Shown here: positions 1 through 12,289 of the stretch, piece by piece | Numbering within the stretch: position 1 is the first letter of the stretch | How the letters are laid out: every line of letters starts with the position of its first letter | Assembly: GCF_030144855.1 (NCBI RefSeq) | Contig: NC_082711.1 | Span: 149,668,001-149,732,000, forward strand | DNA length: 64,000 nt | Direction: 5' to 3' | Origin: Hypanus sabinus | Taxonomy: Eukaryota | Translations under genes and position numbers: made by a program | Notes under the pieces: model-generated | Databases searched by the model: none | Seen by the model: the letters and a program-made list of their open reading frames with translations, nothing else | What the model was told of the DNA's origin: nothing

Positions 1-929
1 ATAAGGTTGAAGCGTTTATCTATACTAAAGGTACACTGCTCGCTTCAAAATCCTGGATATAAAGCAAACCTTGCAACACCCTCCTTTGAAAGTAAAAACT
101 CCACACATTTTTCATCAAATAAAATTTGCAGAAATCATTTTCTGCAAATGATTCCTGATGAGGATGAATCATATTAGAGAGGGGGGGGAAAGAAGCATTT
201 CAACCTATGTTTTTCCTCACTGATAGAAGATGGCCCACTTGGTCTTGTGATTCACACTGTGTTAATTTGGAAAGAACCACCAACTTAGCCATCATTAGCA
301 CAGTGGGCTCATGTGTTTTTTTACAATTATCAGTTTAGTCTAAGCTGAGGTGGGAAAGCAGAGCAAACCATATGCTCTAGAATTTAAAAGAAAACATGCA
401 TATTTCTAGTTCTCTAATTGCTTCGTAGCTTAATACTTGTTTCTGCTTTACTGCTTGGCAATCAAGCCTTCACACAGAAAATTGAACTGGCAAACAATTG
501 CTACTGTCTACATTGCACTGTTCAACCTTGGATCTGCTTGGCTGATGTTAACATCATCCTGAGCTCTCTTAATTATTTACTCCTTTGGCTCGTTAATCTG
601 ACACAAACTTGAAGAGCTAAATGGTCTCCTTCTGAGCTGTTACCAATCTATGATTCAGTCTCTTTTATCTCGACGGTAGTGAGTAGCCAAATTATATAGC
701 AATAAAAAAAGACAATGTACCGCAAATATCCAGCAAATTGGCTGCCCACAATTTTGGGCACCAGTTTACTGCCAATATCCTTACAGAATAAGAGCACATA
801 TCTTCCCTTTTAGGATTCCTATGAAATTATTTTGGTCTTTTTCAATACACAGAGATGAGGCCATGAATGGTTGTGTTAGGGATAGATTCCCAGTTAAGTT
901 CTTTGAAATGGTGCCTCCAGTGGGTTTTC

Positions 930-2190
930 TTTGTCCCTGTTCTATGCTGTCAGTGAGATGGGGCCTTGGGTGATTGGGCCATGGAAGGCCAGGATGAGAG
1001 CAGTGATAGCTGGGAAGCACCGTCAACACCATCTGCACCCAAATCACCCAGTGGCTCAGCTTCACAACACCCAGGAAGAGGACAAAGAGGTAAACAGCAC
1101 CCACCGTCAGCAGCATTCCAAACTGCTTCTTGACAGAGAATCTTTCCTTAAGCATTCATCTCTCCATCTCACAACAAACTTATCTGATCCAGCCTCAACA
1201 CCATCCCTGACTGCCAGAAAGTCAAAAATGTCATTTGCCAACTGATAAACAAGTCCTCAGCAGTAGACAGTAGTCCTGATGTAGTTCCATAACTGGGCAG
1301 AGAGGAACTCATTCACATGCTTTCCTTTCACAAATCAGAAGAGGGGGTGTTGCCCTCAGATATCAGAAATGTAATCACAACTGTCTATGAGTAAGAAGAA
1401 ACATCTGTTTTCAGTAAACCCAGAAGGTTTTCCCTGCAGTGTGTTGAAAGGTAGGTTATTTCTAGGGGGTTTTTCAATTGCCGCTCAGCGAATCAATGCT
1501 AACATTTATTAAAGTGTCAGTGAGCCACCACGATGTTTAGAGATTTTAGGGGGTTCAAGATCAAGACCTCAAAACCTAACAGAAAGCTTACCAGGCTGTT
1601 GTAATCTTGCACTCGTGGATGCTACAAAAACAAGGATTCTCTATAGCAGCTACTAAAACATAGACTCTCTATAGCAGCTACTCAAATCACTGGAGAGCTT
1701 CTATCAATACTGTTCCTGCAAACTCTTCTAATCCACGGCGGGACTAACAGATCAATGCATAATGAGATTCTGTCAACTCTTGATGGGCATGGCTGACACC
1801 AACCTCCTCAAACAGGCACCATCCTCAAAGTTCCATCACAGCAATGTGTTAACAACTGGAAAGAGAGTTACCAAGCAGAAAGGGGAAATGATTCATGGAT
1901 GAAATTATATAATATCCCAATTGACTTTTGGGAATCCCTAACCCAAGACCACACAAAATGAAGAAACATCATTTGGTTCGGAATGGAAAACCTCAAATTC
2001 CTTCAACTGGGGCACACAAATCCCACTGTAAACATTGGGAGGAGTGCACCAGCTCCCAAACTACCAACCCACCTGTCCCATCTGTGAAAGAGTCTGAGGA
2101 GGCTGTCTTCATCAGCTACCTCTGATTCCCACAGAAATGGAGTAGGAGGGGCATATCATCCTCAATCCTGGCCACTGAGTGAGAGAGATT
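930..2190 (+). mobile_element. Highly decayed RTE-clade (BovB-like) LINE, 3' part of the ORF
   Basis: Broken-frame remnants resemble the RTE C-terminus: ~1560 'QDQDLK', ~1785 'GMADTNLLKQA' (cf. RMPDTRLPKQ), ~1908 'YNIPIDFWESLTQDHTK*R' (cf. CNIPTDTWESLAQDRPKWR), ~2070 'TCPICERV'. The 5' boundary is uncertain. Confidence 0.6.
1627..1682 (+). repeat. 28-bp tandem duplication inside the RTE remnant
   Basis: tctctatagcagctact occurs at 1638-1654 and 1666-1682. Confidence 0.85.
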
Positions 2191-3407
2191 TTCTGAAGGA
2201 ACTTTAAAGCATACAGAAAATAACCAAAAACAGATTACCACTAGTTGGCATTGTGTTTGATGACTGGGATTACAAACCAAACTACTTGAAATTTTTTCTT
2301 CCCACCCTCAGATGCCCTAATCTCCATTTATTTGCCTATAACATTGAGCCAGAAGTCAGCTTATAGATACAGGGTACATGTTCAGGTACCTCAGAGGAAC
2401 TCTTACAGGTTGAACATAATGGAAATGAAAGGCTGATATAACCACATAAATAATGATTCTGCCTTCAACAGGTTCCAGGCTGCATAGGTCGGATGATCCT
2501 TAATTGAATACAAGCCTTCGACACAGGGTGCTGTATTTTTGTTATTGTAATTTAAACAAACAAATGATTACCCAACACTTTTCATTTATACTAATTGATC
2601 TGTTAATTGATACTCACTGAACTTTCTCCATTTCATTGAATGATTAGACTTTATGCCAAATGTTGACACATCTGTGGGCAAGAGACTACTGCCTATAATT
2701 ACTGTTAATGCTAAATAAATACTGGCTAATTAGAGGTTTCATTGAATACTCTATACTCTAAAATGCTGAATAAAATTAGTTATTTAAACAGTGATCTGAA
2801 TATGCGAAGAAAAGCTTTTGATGTTGCACAGAGAAGTAAACAATGATTGATTTTTAAATAGCTGGTTTTAATGCTGCTTCTAAAAGCCAGCTTGTTCAAT
2901 ATCATCAATGTCAGCATCTGAGCTCAATGAAGAGAATGTTTAAGACACGGCTCTGTTTGTTGGTTGATGTTATAATTACTATGATTGCTCTGACAGAGGG
3001 GTGGGTAGAGTAGACGGAGCATCTGGCAGTTCAGCTTTCTGCGCATTTGTGCGCAGAGATGCATGGAATTAGGCCATAGAACGAACATTTGAAGCAACAA
3101 ATAGAAGAAAATCAGTTTGTTTTAAAAACATCTGCCTATCAGTCTCTGTACCCAAATGTATCAGCTCATTAGAAAAGCTTCCTCCCTTCCCTCAAGCCAA
3201 AGAGTTGCACACGAATCTTGCCTACAATTAAGCTGAGAAGGGTAGTTAGTAATTTGCTGTTTCATAGACCAGTTGATTCCTTGTTTCTTTTGCATGAGGT
3301 CACAAGAGAACAGATCCCAAACTTTTACTTCTATGTGACTTTCTGAATAATGTGTATAATGTAATAGTACACTTAATTTTATGTGTATTGTGATATATTA
3401 TGTATAT

Positions 3408-3990
3408 AATGTAAGAAGTGGGAGCAGGAGTAAACCAGTTGACCCCACCAGCCTGTTCTGACATTCAACAAAATAGTGACTGTTTGTCCAAGTATGTTTT
3501 TTCTGCCTTATCCTAATATCCTTTGACTCCTTAAATATCAGAAACATGCGATCAATGACCAAATCTGAATAATTCACTGAAGTCAGGAGTTCCAGAGGCC
3601 AACTGAATAAAAAAAATTCTTCCCACCTGCTTTATTCTGTAACAATGATTTGATGTTCGAGACTCCTCAAGCCAGAGGAAATGATGTTCACTCCCTGACC
3701 CCACTGAGCCTTCCAAAACAAAATGTATACCTGTCAATGAGGTCACCACTCCTTCTTCTGAGACTGCGGTCACTCTGTTATGATAGACATCCCATCCCAG
3801 GAAGAAGCCCGGTGAATCCTTACTGCACTCCCTCAGTTCTGAGCAATCCTTCCTTAGAAGAGGAAACCAAAATTCTGCAGAATACCCCAGGTGTGGTCTC
3901 ATCAAGGGTTTTATAATGGAATTAAGACATCACAACTTTTGTCCTAAAAATCCTCTTGCAATAAGGCCAAAATATTACTTCCTGCCTCCT
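3408..3990 (-). mobile_element. Old CR1 LINE 3' fragment
   Basis: Minus ORF 3552-3905 begins MMRPHLGYSAEFWFPLLRKD (CR1 motif VRPHLEYCVQFWSP..RKD). A CR1 tail lies at ~3410-3460 in reverse orientation. Confidence 0.85.
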
Positions 3991-4126
3991 TGCCTTTACA
4001 TCTCCATATTGGCTGTAAATGGCTTGAGCCCCTTTTAAGATCATAATTTTCTAGTCTCTCAACACGTAAAAACTTAGCATTTCCAATTGACAACCTTAGT
4101 TTTTAAGCTTGGATTCTAGTTGCCAT

Positions 4127-4321
4127 TGTCCCGCTTGGTGGCGCAATAATATCAGTGCCGGACTCCGGAGCGAAGGCTCCCGAGTTCGAATCCAAGTCAG
4201 GTTGAGCGTTGAGCTAGCAACTCAGCCTCGTAAAAACAAGAATAGCTTGCTACAGAAACACTGTCAAAAAACGATGCTCCAATAACTCCACTGCTGAGTT
4301 AAGGGTCATTCTTTTCTCTTC
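4127..4321 (+). mobile_element. Young tRNA-derived SINE with 13-bp TSD
   Basis: A-box-like TGGCGCAAT and B-box GAGTTCGAATCC; TTC-rich tail; perfect TSD ttctagttgccat at 4114-4126 and 4322-4334. Confidence 0.9.
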
Positions 4322-4958
4322 TTCTAGTTGCCATGTTGTTGTCCATGCACTGAACTCAATTCCATCCCTTCACGGAGATGTATACATGCCTGCTTCTCCT
4401 AAGCTGCTGATTTTCTGATACTGACAGAAGAACTTCTGCTTCAATTAAATTTCACTCTTTATGTTTCATCATTTGCATTTGTTTACCCCCAAAACTCTAA
4501 ATTAAAACCACAAAAGCAGGATGAGTGAATTCTCCAGTACCTCTGTTTCCATTACCCTAGCAAAGGCATTCAAATATATACATTATCAATGCCTTCCTAC
4601 AGCTAGCTTTTAAACAATGTGTTCCTCCTCACCTCACCATCAACATACAACAGTGAAGCCACACAACTGGCATGGAAACCTTTCTGATCAGAACCAACTC
4701 CAGATACTTATGCCAGCTTTAACTTGTATTTCTGGCATTTGAAATCAGGAATGTTTGTTTCATAGCAACTCCACTGACAACTGGAAAGATTTTGAATAAT
4801 GGAATAAAGTTGGAATCTGTCAGCTTTGTTATATAGCACCTAGAGTTCTTTGAGTTTTCTCCATGAACACCTTGCTCACCTTTCTGAATGTTTCCATCAT
4901 TTCCCGGTTTTGCTTTAAGCTTTTTAATTTGTTCCAAACTTTCAGTATAACTTAAGAA

Positions 4959-5744
4959 CAGCAGATTCCAGTTAATTGGGCCATCGCTTAATCAGGACAG
5001 CTGCTTATTTGGGTCAACTCTTAAAAGAGAAAAACTGATCAACAAAATAGCCAGGATTCCCTTTGTTCACTTGGGACACTGCCACTAAATTGGGACAAGA
5101 GACTGTTGCTGAACAATTCTATTAAACGTCAGTCATATGCACTTGTATGGCTAATAGACACGACAACATGCCCAGAGTGAACAGTTTTTAAATAGCACTG
5201 GTTGTGTGTGTTTGAGTTCAAAAATCTGTGATTTTTGTAATAGATAGTTGGCAACAAGTAAGACTATTCAGAACTGTTTTGTTCACTGCGGTTTCAAGCA
5301 TGCAGACTTTGAGATGCCAGAAACAGCTGGGAGTGAATATGAAGCAATTTCACTACTTCAACAAGTTAGGACTACAAAGAGTTTGGAGGCACCGACAATC
5401 ATCCTGAATGTTACAATGAAAGTGAAGATTTTGCGGATATAATCGTCAAAAGCATTATACGAAAGTAGTGTGTTATCTGCACTAAGTGTTTGCAGATTTT
5501 GATCATGCACGGTCAATCAAAAGAACATGGTTGATAACTATTTGGAACTAATACAGAGTTTTGTAGTAATGTAGTAGTATTAGTTCTGTATTTCATTTCA
5601 ATGCATAAATTGTTACTCGGTTAAATGGTAGTTTGTATTTTTATGCCTTTTTAACTATTTCCATGAAACATTGGCTAATTGGGGCAGCCACTTAATTGGG
5701 CGAAAATAGACTGGTCCTGATGTGTCCCAATCCTGAATCTACTG
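4959..5744 (+). mobile_element. Non-autonomous Tigger/pogo-like (Tc1-mariner) element, copy 1
   Basis: Termini CAGCAGATTCCAGTTAATTGGG ... CCCAATCCTGAATCTACTG followed by TA; colinear with copy 2 at 40742-41971; residual 'KTIQNCFVHCGF' resembles the Tigger transposase end motif (TIxNCFxKxGF). Confidence 0.8.
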
Positions 5745-6739
5745 TAACTCAGATTATATCAGTTTGAAGTCAGACCATACCAGCTCAGATGCAACCCATG
5801 GATTCCAGTGTGCAATGAGCAATAATATGGCAATCTGCAAATGCCATAGCATTAAGTCAGTTGTGGTGATCAAACTTATGTCAGATCACTTTGTAAAGGA
5901 TTGAATAAATGGTTGCCATATTGAAACTCTGAGGTGGATTGATCAGAACCATTCGAGACTTTGGGTAACAACATGCAGACTGACAATAATGAGAATCAGG
6001 AGACTACTATTCTGGGAAACCCAAATCGAAGACCAAAGAGGATAATTTCAAAATGCGTGCCATTGCTCAGGTGTGCCTTGTGCAACTAGACAATAAATTC
6101 TTACTTTCCAAATAGTACTCTTACAGAACATGTAAATATGTATACAACCGACTGTGCAGTGATCTAAAGGGATGACGAGAAAACACATTAAGAACAAATC
6201 TTCAGACACTGTTCAGTCAAATGTTGTATTGGAAAAGAAAAAGATGAATTTAAGGGATTAGCAAATATCCCCCTCGGTGGCTAAAACATATTAATTACTA
6301 AACTGGCTGAGTGAATCTGACAATTAGCCACAGCACATAGCATGGCTCCCATTGGCAAGCATTAATTCTCCAATTGCTATCCAGTGTCAGAGGCAGATTA
6401 AATGCTTGATGACCTTTATTGCAATGAAGAAAGCAAGGCTTGAAAATACATTTAAAAAGGACTCTCAATCTGAAATAAGGCATACATACTTAAATCGTCA
6501 ATGTCAAACCAACAGGTTAAACCTTCAATGTGTCCTCAAGCTATGGTTACACATCAGTAACTGGCTTAAAAGTATTGACTGTTTTAAGATAGTGGAATGC
6601 TTTACTCCCTTCATTGTTGAGTCTGTGACCTTAATGCTTTGCTAATACTCTGGCTGAAATACCTCTGCACTTCTTGCACATATTGTCAATGCCACATACT
6701 TTAAAAACGTGCTCAAAATGCAAGATTGGCATTATTGGA

Positions 6740-6868
6740 TTTCAAAGGTTATAGGGAGAAAGCAGGAGAATGCGGTTGAGAGGAATAATGAATCAGCCAT
6801 GACGGAATGGTGGAGCAGACTTGATGGGCCAAATGGCCTAATTATGTTCCTATGTCTTATGGTCTTAT
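6740..6868 (+). mobile_element. CR1 3'-UTR fragment
   Basis: ...gatgggccaaatggcctaattatgttcctatgtcttatggtctta, a CR1 stem-loop plus short-repeat tail. Confidence 0.8.
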
Positions 6869-7289
6869 TGCGGGGCGATTTATTAGAGTGTACTAAAAGT
6901 TGTCAATTGATAAAAACCTTTAACAAGACAGAAGTGATTAGTCTTCAGGTAAAGGAATAAAACTGTTTGAATCAGGAATGTGAATTAAGTTAAAGTTTGG
7001 ATTATTTAAAAAACTTTGTTTTTGAAGAATCATTGGAGAATGTTCACCCAAGATCACCTGCGCTTGTAATCATGGTATTAAGAGACAATAACAAGAACTG
7101 ATTGAGGTGTGGTGTGGTAGATGGGGAGTACGGTGGAAAAGGGAGGGCCGACAGCATGTGTGTTTGTGGATGAACTTTGAGCTGGGCAAACAGTAGTGGC
7201 CAGATATAGCACCAGCAGCCATCTCAAGGCACTTATTCTCATGATTTCTTTACGAAAAATGCAATGTCACCATTGATTTTAGGTACATT

Positions 7290-8575
7290 TAGGCATGGAT
7301 TTGTGAAGGGAAAATCATGTCTGACAAATCTTATAGAATTTTTTGAGGATGTAACTAGTAGAGTGGATAGGGGAGAACCAGTGGATGTGGTATATTTAGA
7401 TTTTCAAAAGGCTTTTGACAAGGTCCCACACAGGAGATTAGTGTGCAAACTTAAAGCATTGGGGGTATGGTATTGATGTGGATAGAGAATTGGTTGGCAG
7501 ACAGGAAGCAAAGAGTGGGAGTAAAGGGGACCTTTTCAGAATGGCAGGCAGTGACTAGTGGGGTACCGCAAGGCTCAGTGCTGGGACCCCAGTTGTTTAC
7601 AATATATATTAATGATTTAGGCGAGGGAATTAAATGCAGCATCTTCAAATTTGCAGATGACATGAAGCTGGGCGGTGGTGTTAGCTGTGAGGAGGATGCT
7701 AAGAAGATGCAGGGTGACTTGGATAGGTTAGGTGAGTGGGCAAATTCATGGCAGATGCAATTTAATGTGGATAAATGTAAGGTTATCCACTTTGGTGGCA
7801 AGAACAGCAAAAAAAGATTAGTATCTGAACGGTGGCCGATTAGGAAAAGGGGAGGTGTAACGAGACCTGGGTGTCATTGTGCACCAGTCATTGTAAGTGG
7901 GCATGCAGGTACAGCAGACTGTGAAAAAGGCGAATGGTATGTTGGCATTCATAGCAAGAGGATTCCAGTACGGGAGCAGGGAGGTTCTACTACAGTTGTA
8001 CAAGGCCTTGGTGAGACCACACCTGGAATATTGTGTGCAGTTTTGGTCCCCTAATCTGAGGAAAGACATTTTTGCCATAGAGGGAGTACAAAGAAGGTTC
8101 ACCAGATTGATTCCTGGGATTATAAGACCTTCATATGAAGAAAGACTGGATTGACTGGGCTTATACTCGCTGGAATTTAGAAGATTGAGGGGGGATCTTA
8201 CTGAAACGTATAAAATTCTAAAGGGATTGTACAGGCTAGATGCAGGAAGATTGGTCCTGATGTTGGGGAAGTCCAGAACGAGGGGTCACAGTTTAAGGAT
8301 AAAGGGGAAGCCTTTTAGGACCGAGATGAGGAGAAACTTCTTCACACAGAGAGTGGTGAATCTGTGGAATTCTCTGCCACAGGAAACAGTTGAGGCCAGT
8401 TCATTGGGAGTTAGAATTGGCCCTTGTGGCTAAAGGGATCGGGGGGTATGGAGAGAAGGCAGGTACAGAGTTCTGAGTTGGATGATCAGCCATGATCATA
8501 CTGAATGGCGGTGCAGGGCCGAAGGGCCGAAGGGCCGAAGGGCCTACTCCTGCACCTATATTTCAATGTTTCTAT
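7290..8575 (+). mobile_element. 5'-truncated CR1 LINE (RT domain to 3' end), frameshifted
   Basis: Consecutive ORFs give HGFVKGKSCLTNLIEFFEDVT..DVVYLDFQKAFDKVPH, SGVPQGSVLGPQLF..KFADDMKL, LVRPHLEYCVQFWSP and RRNFFTQRVVNLWNSLP, followed by a CR1 3' tail. Confidence 0.97.
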
Positions 8576-8659
8576 TTCCCACATTGGCCTCATGAGTCAC
8601 CTCAGAACCAGAGTGGAAACAATCATCCTCCATCCCTACGAAAATAGACAGTAAGGACT

Positions 8660-8815
8660 AATAAGCAATCTGCTGGAGGAATCTCAGTGGGTTAAGCAGT
8701 ATCTGCGAGGGGAAAGGACTTGCTAATGTTTCGGGTTGAAGCATGAATCATGACTTAAATTTCCTTTTTGCACATTAACCTACTGAGTTCCCCTAGCAGA
8801 TATATTACTCCAGAC
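8660..8815. mobile_element. Decayed fold-back Penelope-like pLTR fragment
   Basis: ctgctggaggaatctcagtggg ... cctactgagttcccctagcag inverted arms; similar to 33724-33972. Confidence 0.6.
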
Positions 8816-9049
8816 ACCAAAGACAATTTTAAACACAGACAACCAGCTGCAGAGGTATACAGATGGTTGTGTGGATGTGTTTTCAAGTAGCTATAACAAT
8901 CCCATCTTGGATGTCAGAAATTTAGACTTGATATTTATTATTACTTTATAATCTGCTAACCAGCTTTTTGATGTTTCCCAGGTGGTTGGAGAGATTTGGG
9001 CATTTTGAAGGACTCCCTGAAATCCCCTGTTTATTGGTGAGTATGGGTA

Positions 9050-9142
9050 AGAGAGAGAGGGGGAGGAAGAGAAGGAGAGAGGGAAAGAGGGAGGAGAAGG
9101 TGAAAGAGAGAAAGAAGGTGATAGAGAGAGATGAGAGAGAGA
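9050..9142 (+). repeat. Purine-rich (GA) low-complexity tract
   Basis: gagagagagggggaggaagagaaggagagaggg...gagagagag. Confidence 0.9.
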
Positions 9143-9349
9143 TTACTGTCAAGTCATGGTGAGTTAGGCAGAGCAGCAAAGTCCAATTGTTTTAAATCTT
9201 ACGCATGCTTCAGCACAGCTGTGTGAAAATGTCAGGTTTGATTAACTTTGTCATGTGGGCTAAGAGAATAACCCAAAGGTCCCAACCATGACAATCACCA
9301 GTCACCCATGATGAAAGAGTACATTTATAGGTGTCCATTGAATAAAAAG

Positions 9350-9770
9350 ACCTGCATTTATGTTAGAACATCTCAGCTGGTTGCAAGTCAGCATCATTGA
9401 TGTATAGCTGATGAATGTAGATTTGAAAAGTTTTGATTGCTGCTAGGTAGGATATGTGATAAACAATTAGTAGAATCTCACAAACAACAGCCAGATTATC
9501 TGCACTGGTGAGGCTGGATAAACCATAAAAATTACCCCAACATCAGGGAGAATATTCTTCTTCTATTTTAAACAAGAGCCAAAATATCTTCTACAATGGG
9601 ATCGGCAGGTCCGCACTTTAACATCTCATCAACTCATAGAAAATCAACCATGCCACAAATTCTGTATGAAAATGGAATATCAGCCTAGTTATTTATACTT
9701 GTTTCTTTGGAATGGGGAGGACTCGCCACCTTTCTGACTCAGGGCCAAGATAAACTAAACCACAGCTGGC
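9350..9770 (-). mobile_element. Ancient DeuSINE-like (SacSINE1-type) SINE
   Basis: Matches the recalled reverse DeuSINE layout: ctgcatttatg tail, ctcacaaacaacag, cagggagaat, tttaacatctcatc, tcagcctag, accttt-ctgactcaggg head. Confidence 0.65.
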
Positions 9771-11970
9771 GGCAATAGGTCAAGTTTGGTGAAGCTCTTC
9801 TTAGGGTTACTTGATACTTACTGTTTCAGCTCACACATAAACATCGGTAACTTGGACAGGACTTCAAAGTAATACCCCAGAATGAGAGGCTGCCTGCAGC
9901 AGAAGAGCTTGGGCTGACATTCCAGTTTTGATTAGTGTATCATCCAACTGTGACAAACAGATATAAACTGAAAGCAGAGAAATACTTCTGCTGAGATCCC
10001 AAAACGAAATATTTTGGACACAGTAAAACTGGAAGAAAATAATTGTATATATAAAAAGGAGAAACAGTAAACCACCAATGAATGCAACATTGGAACTAAC
10101 ACACATTTTAAAGTAGATTCCAAGTCAATCACACCAGTGGGGAAATTAGATCTTTCCTCATTCATGAATTTTTAAATGACTACATCATGACATTTCATGC
10201 AATTTAGAATGGAAAAGTCACAGAATTAAATGCAGTCCATTACAAACATCTTTAAGCAAAACAAGTATTCCTAACATTTGCAAGAAGCTTAAACACATTG
10301 TGCATCTGAGAAAGTGACCCCAACTACAAAACACTGTTCACTCGTGCACCTGCCTTAAAGCAGCTATTTGGATTACTTCTTCACTAAAAGACTCCTTTCA
10401 AGGAGGATTTTGTCGATGTTTGGGAGAGTGAATGCAAATTCCCCAGAACAAAACAGTTCCTGCGCATTCGTTAATCTCCCCACCCCTCCCCCTACCCGTC
10501 CCTCCCCAATAAAAATACCAAGTGTTCACGCTTCCAACACCTGCATTAACACTTATCTCTTGTCACTCGTGCTAGCAACACAAATTAACATATGGCATGA
10601 AGAAAACACTCATGAGTAGAGAAAATGAGGTTATTTTCATGGAAATGAGGGCGGAGGGAAATACACCAAAGAACTATTTGTGTTGTGTTTCCTGGCAGTG
10701 TTTTTATATATGAAAAGCTGCTGTTGATTTAAGGCTTCACAAAGAAACCTTAATCCTATCACAGGAACTAAATCACCTCAAAAAGTTGCAAGGAGATAAA
10801 GAACCTCTGTCAAGCATGGTTATTCACAACTAAATGGATGGCACAAATCAAACTGTATGAGTAAACAAAGATGAGAATGTGGGAAACACATTCAAATCTC
10901 GAAAGAAAGCCAGGGCAAAAGGAAAGGCCTTTTGTTAATCAATCACCCTTTGCTTCTACAAGGCTCTTTCACCCTGGTTACCAGCAATGAAGTAGGAATG
11001 TTGATTCACTGGTCACTGATTCACTTTTATACTGGCTGCAAACCAAAATGGAATACTCAAAGCTGAAAGCTTTTCACTGCAATTAGCAGCTTAAAAGTGC
11101 CACTTTGCATACGGCTCAAGGTCAGGAGCCCTGTGTAGGAGACAACTGATTAGAAGATGGGATGAGTCCTACCTTTGCTTGTGGTTGTATTGAAAAGTTT
11201 CTCAGAAGTGGCATCCGAAACCTAGAGCAGAACATAAAAAGAAAAAGTTATATTTTAAGTTTAAAAACTGAAGCATTACTATCTCAGACAAAAATGTAAG
11301 AATGTAGTTACTTGAACCCTCCACAAGATAGAGCCAGAGCATTTGTTTAAAAACTCTATCTGCTGGGTCACATCTTCTATGTACATCTGAAATATGTGTT
11401 GAGAATTAATGTCCAAACATGGTGTGTGAAAATATGATTTTGTTATACTTTGTTTTAACTAGTGACTCAAACACTTCCAACCATCTTTTTTTTGTCTGGA
11501 CAGCTCCACAAACATTTAACATTTTGTACTTGGAAGCCCTGTTGGCCAGCAAATCATTCCACATCCGGAGAAGCAAATTCTACCATTTTTCTACCTTATT
11601 TGGTACACACTAAATTCCTCCCCTATCTCGAGTGTATGGTCTTCTCATTAAAACGTTGAGTTGCAAATGACTAGACAAACGTGCATGCCAGACTCAAAGC
11701 AAGTTGCAGCACCTGCTTACAGACTAAGCAAAACGGTTTTGGTTTCATTATCGCATCGTGCTAAACTTAACTTTTTGCACTGGGTGCCTTCATTAGTATT
11801 AACTCTACTTACTTTCCACATAAACTCATGTTAGTCAATTCAAATATTAAAGCACGGCTCAAAAGAACCAAGTTAGCTCCAGAAATTCATTTTTTACAAT
11901 GATCTCTTGCTGGACTTCTGTACAAAACTTATTTGTGAAGCACCTTTGGAAAACGCCGGCTGTACACTAG

Positions 11971-12254
11971 AGCAACACACACCACAAGGAACTCAACAAG
12001 TCAGGCGACATCTATGGAGAGGAATAAACAAGGTGTCAGACCCAGAACCTTCATCAGGACTGAAAATGAAGGGGGCAGAAGCCAGAAATTAGGTGTCGGC
12101 TTTATTCTGGCTTCTGCCCCCTTTCATTCCAGTCCTGATGAAGGATCTTGGCCCAGAACATCAACTGCTTATTCCCCTCCGTAAATACTGCCTGAGCTCC
12201 TGGGTTCCCTCGGCATAATGTGTGTGTTGCTTAAGAACTGTAGCATCTGCAGAA
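11971..12254. mobile_element. Fold-back Penelope-like element with two degenerate hammerhead motifs
   Basis: Inverted arms 12048-12087 and 12105-12144. The plus-strand cagtcCTGATGAaggatcttggcccAGAAcaTCaactg (12130-12167) keeps CUGAUGA but has lost GAAA. Confidence 0.8.
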
Positions 12255-12289
12255 CACAAAAGATAGGAGCCTAGAAAACGGATTGATCA

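Noticed and set aside
131-161. GAAA...CTGATGA as an extra hammerhead
   Set aside because: Helices I and II cannot be formed around the core words.
4127-4200. Functional tRNA gene
   Set aside because: Has A/B boxes but no complete cloverleaf or oligo-T terminator; it is followed by a SINE body and flanked by a TSD.
7264-8433. Host gene or active reverse transcriptase
   Set aside because: CR1 ORF2 remnant with multiple frameshifts and stops, and 5'-truncated.
8946-9179. Charged or Leu/Ser-rich ORFs
   Set aside because: Translation of a GA-rich low-complexity tract.
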